Origin: Macrostomum lignano
Taxonomy: Eukaryota
NCBI GenBank assembly: GCA_002269645.1
Contig: NIVC01000467.1
Coordinates: forward strand, 362,232 to 426,231
Reading direction: 5' to 3'
DNA length: 64,000 nucleotides
A program made the translations under genes and the position numbers. The notes under the pieces are model-generated. The model did not search any database. It saw only the letters and a list, made by a program, of their open reading frames with translations, and had not been told where the DNA came from. Of the stretch, positions 37,587 to 48,600 are shown one piece after another (position 1 is the first letter of the stretch; each line of letters opens with the position of its first letter).

Positions 37587-38809
37587 CCTATTCATATATA
37601 TGTATAAGGCCAATGCAAAAAAATCAAATGACAAATAGGCCCTATCCTATTATACAAAAAGGTAATCCACGACCACATGTAGGCCTAAAAAGGTAGGGAC
37701 TAGTAGGCCCAAAGTTTGGCATACAAAGATAATTGGCAAAGAAGGCCTAAACTAGGCCTAACAAAAAAGATCAAGAAGCAACAATATTCAACAACAACAA
37801 GGAACTCATTAGGCCTACTCAGTCTCAGGGCGGGCGACTGATAGGCCTACTCATAGCCTGCTAGGCCTACTTCCTAGTACGCTATCTTTAACTATTAACT
37901 AGGCCTTATTAAAAAATAATGCTTTTTCGGCTTGGATTCTTTAATTTTTCGTTCATTTAGAAACCATAATTTAGGTTAGGAAAGAAGCGCACAACTAAAT
38001 AATTTAAGTAAATGGCCTCGTAGCTACGCTTTATTTAATTCCCATTACATTAAGCAGATGTAGTTGACAGACAGGACAGGACCATGATATTGTTCAGTCT
38101 TGACAATTAAGTTAAAATATACGAAAAGTTAAAGCTTAAAATTGTACGTAAAATAGATAACATCGTTTAAAACGACAGAGTTTTTATTACTAGGTTACGG
38201 TTTAAAATAAGCGATTTACGTTTTTAAGGAATCAAGAAAAAAAATTGAAATTAAAACCCATCATTCACTAGCACTCATGCGTCACTTTTATTTGCGTTCA
38301 AAATATTCACATATACATGCATGTAAATATATGCACATTTTTTTGGTCGTGTTTGGAACAACAGCTTCAAACAAAAAAATTGCTGCCGGGAAATTCTTGC
38401 CTAGAACCATCGACAAAAGGATTAAGCAATCGAAGATGTTTTTAAAGCTTCGAACAAAGCAGTCAATGCCCAGAAGACCAATTGTGCACGTGGCTTTGGG
38501 AACCATACATGTACTACAAACATAAAAACGAGACTAATTGTATCGGAAGTAAGTTCTGTCGGCAACATTTAAATTTTTACTGCTGTTTTAGATTGTTACT
38601 GGAAAATTAACAAATGCTTTTAGTTACAGAAAAAATGAAACATGACAACGGCGCGAAACAACAAAAAACAACGAAGGATCGTGATAGCAAGAAAACAGCT
38701 GATTAAGAGACTTCAGCGCGTAAAAAAGTATGTTCGATCCACCCTGCTCTCAAAGAGGTGGATCTGAAAAAAGAGGTTAAACAGACATCTTTAAAGAGAT
38801 CTCACAGAC

Positions 38810-39790
38810 GCGTCCCGCCACTGAACAGCCGGAGCAGCAAACGCTCGACTCACTCATAGCGGCGCTAACTCAGCACTTTCAAGGACGCGACAATGTGGTG
38901 TTCACCCGGTACCAATTCCGCCAGTGCACGCAGCTGGACGGGGAAGCCATCGACAGCCATCCACCGACTGTGCAACGCGGCTGAGGCCTGCCAGTTCGGA
39001 GAGCTGCGCCAGTTCCTCAGCCGCGACCAGATCGTCGCCTGCTGCCGCAGTGAATCCCTCCGAAAGCGACTGCTCAACGTGCCCAACATCAGCCTCCCCG
39101 AGGCCCTCCAGCTGGCGAGAACAAACGAAGCAGCCAGCCAGCAGGCGGCCATCATGGAGCGCTCGGCAGCCGGACTAGCAGTGGCGCACCTGGCGGAGGC
39201 GGTATTCTCCAGCCTCGACCCCAGCCGCAAAAGCGCCACCTTCAAAGCGGTCATCAACGGCTCGAACTTACCCGTCCTGATCGACAGCGGCGCGAGCTGC
39301 AACGTGCTCAGCCAGCGGACCCTTCGCCAAAAGACGGGAACACCCGAGCGGGCGCTTCAGCCCACACACACAAGGGTCTATCCTCTCGGAGTAGCGAGAC
39401 CCCTGACACCCTCTGGTCAGATAACTCTGCACACGAAGATCAACGGCAACTCGGAGAGAGTGCGCTTTATCGTCATCAGAGAGGACTGCATCACCATCCT
39501 AGGCCGCGAGACAAGCACGCAGATGGGGATGCTGAGGGTCGGACCGCATAATTGATCATGATCCTTGATCATGAAGGAGTTCAGCGACAGGTTTCCAAAG
39601 AATCGACTGCATTAAGGGTGTCTCAGTCAGCATTCAGGTGAAGGAAGAAGCGGTGCCAGTTTGCCACCCTCGATCTCGAGTCCCGGTGCATCTCCGAACC
39701 GCCGTGGAAAAGAGCTGAAGGACCAACTGGCAGCCGGCATCCTGGAGCGAGTGACGGGGCCAAGCGCCTGGAGTTTAAGTATGGTGGTCG
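38810..39790 (+). mobile_element. Truncated, internally deleted Ty3/Gypsy (Mag/K02A2.6-like) gag-protease-RT fragment
   Basis: NVVFTRYQFRQCTQLDGE and RDQIVAC..SESLRKRLL..PNISLPEALQLAR..E (gag), VLIDSGASCNVL (protease) and GILERVTGPSAWSLSMVVVPK (RT start). Frameshifts present; no LTRs seen. Confidence 0.88.
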
Positions 39791-40081
39791 TTCCAAAAGC
39801 CTCGCCAGATGAGAACTGTCTTGGTAGCTTCTGCTTAATAATTATAGCATTCGTAGGAGCTAGGGCTGCGGGCCACCCTGGCACAACGCCTTCGGTGACA
39901 TCGTCACACAACCAGCACTGATGGCGATTCTCCCCATTCTGCTGACTTCTGCTGATTTTGTGCCTCACTCACATGCTGCTCTAACGACGCATTAATCGAT
40001 TTTTCATGTTAAATTGGTCTGTCACTTGAAAAAAAAGTTTAAAATAAAGAAAATACCAATTTTTTTAAAATAAAGAGTAGT

Positions 40082-40146
40082 TGGCCTAGTGGTTAACGCG
40101 TTCGCTTTTGAACGCGCACGACCTTGGTTCGAATCCTGGGAGGGGC
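40082..40146 (+). other. tRNA-like Pol III head (A and B boxes) without an acceptor stem; SINE head or tRNA pseudogene
   Basis: TGGCCTAGTGG (A box) and GGTTCGAATCC (B box) at tRNA spacing. The 5' and 3' ends do not pair, so this is not an intact tRNA. Confidence 0.6.
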
Positions 40147-41544
40147 GGAAATCCCGGGAGGAGGGGTTGGAGGAGGGGCGGGAATCCCGGGAGGAGAGGT
40201 TGGAGGAGGGGCGGGAATCCCCTTCAGGAGGTACACCCCGCAGGAGACCCTCCCCGCAGGAGGCCCACCCCTCTGAAGGTACATCCCGGGGGGGCGGTAC
40301 ACCCCAAGGGAGCACTTTGCCGCGGTGCTAGAGGCCGACATCAGCCCGACGGACCTTCGCAAAATCGACCCTTACGGAGTTGACTAGTAGTGGCAACTGA
40401 GAAAACTCGGTTGGTGGAGCAGCCGGACGTTGTCGCCTTGTCTTTTTGACCATTTTGGCTCCCGGAAGACAATGAAGTCTGCAGATCCCCAGATTTTCGA
40501 CTTTGCCATTAAAGAAGTTGGACTGTGTGGAAGTTGAAGTCGAAGTTGAACCAGCGCTGACGCGTTGCTTTCTGGATTGGAATCGTAGTGTGTTAAGCAG
40601 CCGAAAACCATGCACTGTGTCGCAATGGTAGTAAGATGCTCTCGCTAACTACTGTAGCTTTTCCAACTACAAATACACACGTACACTTCATTTCTTACTC
40701 GCTAAAACTGAGTTTCCACTCCCTCGTTTTCTATTCTATGGTAAATTTATACCGCAAAAGTCCATCGCATCGCAAAATGCCAGCAAGGCGTTGCTAAAAG
40801 TCCTTTCTCATCAGAATCCTATAGTCTATGGCCAGTCAGGGTGCGCGGGAGAATTAAAAAACAGCCTCATTGAATTCCCGCGAATCAAATTGTCTATGGC
40901 CAGAGCCAGCTGACTGAAATATACAGTCGTGTCTGTGGCTCAACCGAGCGACTATTTCAAAAAAACCCTCAGCATTTTTAACTTCGATAAGCTGAATTTG
41001 CACTTTTCACGAAACTTGACTAGACAACACTAGGAGAAACAAGAAACACTTCTTAACAAGCTTAACAAAAGGTTTCGCGGATCAGCTGATTTTACCTGGT
41101 CTACCTGAGCATGTTCCGAACGGTTTTGGTTCTGTTCTGCATGAGCGCAGCCATCTACGGCGCTCTGAGCTGCCCGTCCTCAAAGAAGAAATGTGAGTAG
41201 CTTTTTTTGCCTTTGAGTTGCGCTTTAGCTTGCTCGTGCTCATGCTCAGCTGCATTCAGGATAATCCTGCCACTTTTCAGCTGAGCCGGATGCAGCTCCA
41301 GCGGTAACCCCAGGTGAGGAGGGTATTTTACTCTGCTATGTGAACTGTTGATTAACCACTATCAACTCACTTAATGTGTCTTCCTGTCAAGATTGATCCC
41401 AATTTTAGCCATGCAGATACCCATCAGCAGCTAATCTCAAAACTCTGCATGCAAGTATTCAGTTACAATTTACGAGCGTACATACTGCAGATTTGAATAT
41501 CAACTCATTTACAACCCAGATAACTTAATGTCGATACAATACCT

Positions 41545-42142
41545 TCAGCATATCAGAACAGTTTCCTCAGCATGTCAGAACAGTTCCCTCAGCATGTCAG
41601 AACAGTTCCCTCAGCATGTCAGAACAGTTCCCTCAGCATGTCAGAACAGTTCCCTCAGCATGTCAGAACAGTTCCCTCAGCATGTCAGAACAGTTCCCTC
41701 AGCATGTCAGAACAGTTCCCTCAGCATGTCAGAACAGTTCCCTCAGCATGTCAGAACAGTTCCCTCAGCATGTCAGAACAGTTCCCTCAGCATGTCAGAA
41801 CAGTTCCCTCAGCATGTCAGAACAGTTCCCTCAGCATGTCAGAACAGTTCCCTCAGCATGTCAGAACAGTTCCCTCAGCATGTCAGAACAGTTCCCTCAG
41901 CATGTCAGAACAGTTCCCTCAGCATGTCAGAACAGTTCCCTCAGCATGTCAGAACAGTTCCCTCAGCATGTCAGAACAGTTCCCTCAGCATGTCAGAACA
42001 GTTCCCTCAGCATGTCAGAACAGTTCCCTCAGCATGTCAGAACAGTTCCCTCAGCATGTCAGAACAGTTCCCTCAGCATGTCAGAACAGTTCCCTCAGCA
42101 TGTCAGAACAGTTCCCTCAGCATGTCAGAACAGTTCCCTCAG
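41545..42142. repeat. Near-perfect 22-bp minisatellite (CAGCATGTCAGAACAGTTCCCT), ~27 copies
   Basis: Directly visible; it produces the three spurious repeat ORFs in the track. Confidence 0.99.
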
Positions 42143-43065
42143 CAAGCATGATGACAGCAAGCATTCATCAGACAGCAAGCAATCCCCTAGACAGAAAGCA
42201 TTCATCAGACAGCAAGCATCCCCCAAACAGCAAGCAATCCCCCCGACAGCAAGCATTCCTCAGACAGCAAGCATCCTCCAGACAGCAAGCATAAGCAAGC
42301 ATCCCCCAGACAGCAAGCATCCCCCAAACAGCAAGCATCCCCCAAACATCAAGCATCCCCCAAACAGCAAGCATCCCCCAGACAGAAAGCATCCCCCAAA
42401 CAGCAAGCATCCCCCAGACAGAAAGCATCTCCCAGACAGCAAGCATAAGCAATCATTTCTCAGACAGCTACGAGCTAACATCCCCCAGACAGCAAGCATT
42501 CATCAGACAGCAAGCAATCCCCTAGACAGCAAGCATTCATCAGACAGCAAGCAATCCCCTAGACAGAAAGCATTCATCAGACAGCAAGCAATCCCCTAGA
42601 CAGAAAGCATTCATCAGACAGCAAGCAATCCCCTAGACAGCAAGCATTCATCAGACAGCAAGCAATCCCCTAGACAGCAAGCATTCATCAGACAGCAAGC
42701 AATCCCCTAGACAGAAAGCATTCATCAGACAGCAAGCATCCCCCAAACAGCAAGCATCCCCCAGACAGAAAGCATCTCCCAGACAGCAAGTATCATTCAT
42801 CAGACAGCAAGCAATCCTCTAGACAGCAAGCATCCCCCAGACAGAAAGCATCTCCCAGACAGCAAGTATCATTCATCAGACAGCAAGCAATCCTCTAGAC
42901 AGCAAGCATCCCCCAGACAGAAAGCATCTCCCAGACAGCAAGCATAAGCAATCATTTCTCAGACAGAAAGCATCCCCCAGACAGCAAGCATCATTCATCA
43001 GACAGCAAGCAATCCTCTAGACAGCAAGCATCCCCCAGATAGCAAGCATTACCCAAACAGCACGC
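42143..43065. repeat. Degenerate ~19-bp minisatellite (CAGACAGCAAGCATCCCCC-like)
   Basis: Directly visible. Confidence 0.95.
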
Positions 43066-43982
43066 AGCCGCTGAGCATATTTCTATCCCTTGCATATACT
43101 ACTGTATTTAGTGGCGCCAGTCAGCAATCATCCAACAGACGTAGCAAGCACCCGAGACCCGGGGCACATAGACCATTTTTAGCATCAGCCATATATCCTT
43201 CGGCAATGCAGTCAAATACATAGCAGTGATATACACAGTAAGTGATATATAGTAGTGAGGCCTGTACACAGTTACGCAATACTTCAATACTTTTAAAGTG
43301 CAGTGGCTGATCTCTCCCTTATGCAAAGAAGCGTGTTTTCGAATACTCTATGGCCATAGACATTTAGAGCCCTCACTGCGAAAAAATACACTAATTAGAG
43401 AGGGAAAATACAGTTTTTCAAATATTTAACCATCTTCCCATTCGAATTTTTAAATTCAATTACACTCACACAATCTCACAAGAATTTGCAATTGAAGAAA
43501 GCAATTTTGGAATAAAATCGGTTCAGGCATTCAGACTGTAGACTGAAATACCGGTCGGATCTAAGAGATTTAGTTGTGATCAAATGAAAGTGTCTAATCC
43601 TTCCCTTGCAGCCTTAATTGCGAAGGCAGAAATGTCTATGGTACAATAACAGTATTAGCATTCTTATTATGAATTTACGAAGTCCCGGACAGGCTCGATG
43701 GGGTTCATGTCTGGAGAGCCTTTGATCGAATGTTAAAATGCGCGAAGTGCGTTGCGCAACACCCCCCCCCCCAGTTCCCTCATGCCGCTTTGCGCTGGCG
43801 TCTGGCTGCGCCAAAATTTGTGAATGAGTAATACACCGGTAATTCATTTTACAAAGCTATAAGGCTATGCCTAAAACAGTTCAGATCTACAGATTTTCAA
43901 AAAGATTTTCGAGACTTTCGGATGCCGAATGCCAAATATTCAAAAGGGCAACCAAGACTCTGCCGGATTCGTATTCCCTGGT

Positions 43983-43996
43983 GTAACCATGGCAAC
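43983..43996. promoter_or_regulatory. RFX X-box-like motif GTAACCATGGCAAC
   Basis: Fits the consensus GTNRCC-N(0-3)-RGYAAC; the target gene is not identified. Confidence 0.35.
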
Positions 43997-44026
43997 GCAC
44001 TTCGACCTAATAATACGTTCGTAGAT

Positions 44027-44357
44027 GCACAAAACCGGCGAGAGGCATTACTGCCCATTCAGCCGACTCCCCTGAGCAGGCACATAAGCTCGCGGATACC
44101 TCCGCAGTCATACGCACAGGCACACACTCACACACGAGTGTACAGCGGCCCTAACTGTATTTATCGTTAGGCATGTACACTTCACTGCGCCTTGGGGGGT
44201 TGGCTCTCAAGCTGGGCGTTGATTGCACGAGCAGAGCCAAGCCGAGATTCCAAATTCCAATTTAGCCACAAATTAATGCGACTGCACTTGGAATCGAGCC
44301 TGGGCCACTGGCACGTCAGAGCGCCGCGCTGGACCACTGGGGGGCTACGGCACCCCC
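44027..44357 (-). mobile_element. tRNA-derived SINE family A, most complete copy
   Basis: Minus strand begins GGGGTGCCGTAGCCCCCCAGTGGTCCAGCGCGGCGCTCTGACGTGCCAGTGGCCCAGGCTCGATTCC (A-box-like and B-box-like). The body is shared with the copies at 6.3 kb and 17.9 kb. Confidence 0.8.
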
Positions 44358-45129
44358 AAGTCTCAACCCTTGCATATGTTTCACTATCCTACATAGTGCA
44401 ACAAAATTTGACAAGTGGAAAAAGCTACAATAAATTCTAGAATTTTATCCAAAGTTACATAATTTTAAGCATTCATCACTAATGGAAGAGTAGTATATAT
44501 TGTATATACCGAATAATAACAATATTATTAATAGTATTATTATAATTAAACGTTAAATATGCAATTTCATATATCAATAAACACACAATTGTAGATTATG
44601 AATAAAATAGGCTAAATTTTTGAGTAAAATTTGAGTATGATAAATTGAATCTTTTGCACAAATGATTGGCAAGATCTCACAATACTTATGTATGAAAAAA
44701 CTGATTTAAGCAATTTAATAATATAGTAGCAAATATTAAACAAACATTACTGACAGTAGTATGAAATAAAACACAAACAATGAGAAAATTACTTTAAGTC
44801 AAACAAAATAACTCGAATAACCAAAGATAGTAGAACATTATATTCCAGAAAACATCTACACAGTAAAAGGCATGGTAATGTTCGTGTAATTAATATGACA
44901 GGCATATGGTAAGCAACTGATTTTACATTTCTTTTCTAAGTAATAGTGAATATGCCAAGCAGTACATGCAAGAATAATAGTAGTAATAGTAATAATCTAC
45001 TGTAACTCTCTGTGTAACGGCATAACAAAAATAGCAAATTTTAAATAACTGCTTCTTCGATAATTAATTTACTTAGAATGGCATGGACACTAATAGCAAT
45101 AGTACAACCAGGTTACAGAAGACAAGCGC

Positions 45130-45560
45130 GAGCTACAGAATCAGGAAAGCGGTGAAGCGCGAACTACAGAGTCAGGAATAAGAGGATAAGCGCGCACTTC
45201 AAAATCAAGAGTTTGGGATAAGCGCGCAGTTTAGAATCATGAGTTTGGATAAGCGCGCAGTTTAGAATCATGAGTTTGGGATAAGCGCGCACTTTTGAAT
45301 CATGAGTTTGGGATAAGCGCGCACTTTAGAATAAAGAGTTTGGGATAAGCGCGCACTTTAGAATCATGAGTTCGGGATAAGCGCTCACTTTAGAATCAAG
45401 AGTTTGGGATAAGCGCGAACTTTAGAATCAAGAGTTTGGATAAGCGCGCACTTTAGAATAAAGAGTTTGGGATAAGCGCGCACTTTAGAATCTAGAGTTT
45501 GGGATAAGCGCGCACTTTAGAATCATGAGTTTGGGATAAGCGCGCACTTTAGAATCATAG
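45130..45560. repeat. 32-bp minisatellite downstream of the RPTOR stop (GGGATAAGCGCGCACTTTAGAATCATGAGTTT)
   Basis: Directly visible. Confidence 0.95.
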
Positions 45561-45674
45561 AAAACAGTAATTTGCTAGTCGCTTGACCCGTAGATTGACG
45601 CAAAAAAACTGAAAATAAAAAGCTCAAGCATTATTTTAAAGAAATAAACCAACATAGCAGCAGCAGTGCTCAGC

Positions 45675-48600
45675 CTACAGACCTACAGATGAATGAGCGG
45701 AGTACAGCGACAAGCAGCTATCCGTAGTGCTCAACGCTAGCATGGGTTTCAACGGATGAAAAGCTACAGAGAATGGCCTGGCAATCTGCTGCAGCAGAGC
45801 TTCGTTAGCTCGAACAGCGGCCAGTTGAAAGCCGCCGGTAAACGATCTGACCGATAAAGTGCAGTCGGCTGTACCGACAGCGTAAACTGGACAGCGCGGA
45901 TGAGCGGCGAAGCACGTGACCTGCTGCGGCGGTTGCTGCTGCTGAGGCGGCTGGTGGCTTTCTAGGAATTGCTGACCAGCTCGGCGAAGGTCCCAAAGTC
46001 GAACCAAGCCGCTAGCTGTGCAGGTTAGCAGCTGATCAGGGTTGCTCGGGTTCAGACAGGCGCCAAGTACCAGATCGCCTGCTGGACTGCTCATTGCTGC
46101 TGCACCGCTGTTAGAGACTGTTGGGTAAAATTGCGAAAAGTAACAGTTTAAAGTGTTTACTGCGTCAATTGATATTCTCTCCTATCTACTCTCCATATCG
46201 ACTCGCCCTACCAACTCTCCCTATCTACTCTACCTACCTACTCTCTGTCTACTCTCCTACCTACCCTCCCTAACTAATCTCCCTGCCTTCTCTCCCTGCC
46301 TTCTCTCCCTACCTACTTTCCCTACCTACTCTCCCTGCCTACTCTCCCTACCTACTCTCCCTACCTACTCTCCCTACCTACTCTCCCTATCTACTCTCCC
46401 TACCTACTCTCCCTACCTACTCTCCCTACCAACTCTCCCTACCTACTCTCCCTACCAACTCTCCCTACCTACTTCCCTACCACTCTCCCTACCTACTTTC
46501 CCTACCTACTCTCCCTACCTACTCTCCCTGCCTACTCTCCCTACCTACTCTCCCTACCTACTCTCCCTACCAACTCTCCCTACCTACTCTCCCTACCAAC
46601 TCTCCCTACCTACTATCCCTACTTACTCTCCCTACTTACCCCCTCCAACGGGCACAGCGTCGGCCTGCACGCTGCAGACGCAGCACTGATTAGCCGGCGC
46701 CAACGGATCGAAGCATTTCACAATTCCATCGTCGAACCCGGCAATCAGCCGACCTCGCCCGGCCGACTCGTCCGAATAAGCCAGATGAGTGCAGGCGGCC
46801 GACTCGCACGGCAGATCGACGCACCGACGCTCGGCGTGGGCGTCAATTAATCGCAGAAATCTGGCGTGACCGCCGAACGCCAAGCCGGCCTGCTGTTGTT
46901 GATTCCAAGCCATCGCTCTAAGCCGATCTGGCAGGCCAACGAAAGCCGAGATCAACTGCGGACTGCTATTGTAGGGGCAGGCATAGTTGCGCCATAGACG
47001 AACGCAGCCGTCTGACCAGGCGCAGGCCAGTAAAGAATCTTCCGTATGCCAGTTTACTAGCTGAATATCTACTAGGAAATTGCCGCCGCTGCCGCCGCCG
47101 ACCATGCCGCCGTGGGCGCCGAACGAGTGCGAATGATGCGCCGGGGAGCTGGTCTGACGCGAATGATGCTGATGCTGCAGCGAGCCCTGGTGCTGCCTGG
47201 TGTGGCCACCGAGACTGCCGCTAGCTGTTGAAATTGAGGGAGATAATTATAGATTAGCCAATGACCAATGACCATTCTATTATAGATTAGCTAATGACCA
47301 ATGACCATTCTATTATAGATTAGCCAATGACCAATGACCATTCTATTATAGATTAGCCAATGACCAATGACCATTCTATTATAGATTAGCCAATGACCAA
47401 TGACCATTCTATTATAGATTAGCTAATGACCAATGACCATTCTATTATAGATTAGCCAATGACCAATGACCATTCTTTTATAGATTAGCCAATGACCAAT
47501 GACCATTCTATTATAGATTAGCCAATGACCAATGACCATTCTATTATAGATTAGCCAATAACTAATGACAAATCTATTATAGATTAGCCAATGACCAATC
47601 TAACTAGCTCCACAATGACCAATCTAATTAGCTCTACAATGACCAATCTAATTAGCTCCACAATGACCAATCTAACTTGCTTCACAATGACCAATCTAAC
47701 TAGCTCCACAATGACCAATCTAATTAGCTCTACAATGACCAATCTAATCAAAATCACAATGACCAATCAAATTAGCTCCACAATGATTTGACCAATCTAA
47801 TCAAAATCACAATGACCAATCAAATTAGCTCCACAATGACCAATCTAACTAGCACCACAATGACCAATCTAATCAAATTTACAATGACCAATCTAATTAG
47901 CTTTACAATGACCAATCTAACTAGCTCCACAATGACCAATCTAATTATGTCCACAATGACCAATCTAATTAAATTCACAATGACCAATCTAATTAGCTTC
48001 ACAATGACCAATCTAAACAGCTCTTCAATGACCAATTTAATTATCACCACAATGACCAATCAAATTAACTCCACAATGACCAATCTAACTAGCTCCACAA
48101 TGACCAATCTAATTATAACCACAATGACCAATCAAATTAGCTCCACAATGACCAATCTAACTAGCTTCACAATGACCAATCTAACTTGCTCCACAATGAC
48201 CAATCTAACTTGCTCCACAATGACCAATCTAACTAGCTTCACAATGACCAATCTAACTTGCTCCACAATGACCAATCTAATTAAATTTACAATGATCAAT
48301 CTAAACAGCTCCACAATGACCAATCTAATTAGCTCCACAATGACCAATCTAGTTAAATTCACTATGACTAATCTAATTAGCTCCACAATGACCAATCTAA
48401 CTAGCTCCACAATGACCAATCTAATTAGCTCCACAATGACCAATCTAAACAGCTCCGTAAGAAACTCACTTCCAGCAGTTAGGCCGCCGCTAGACCGACG
48501 ACTGCCGCCGGCGGAGCCGCCGCCAAAGGCCAGCAAGTTGACGCCTGACTCGGCATTGAAAGAGGCCAACCTACACAGATCAGGGTCCAGCACTTGTACG

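Noticed and set aside
40082-40146. Functional tRNA gene
   Set aside because: No acceptor-stem pairing and a non-canonical anticodon arm.
41528-42599. Long ORFs (SEQFPQHVRT..., KHPP...) and similar ORFs at 47788-48627, 60468-61255, 46153-46689, 63314-63914, 20511-21112 and 55564-56004
   Set aside because: They are translations of stop-free tandem repeats, mostly inside introns.
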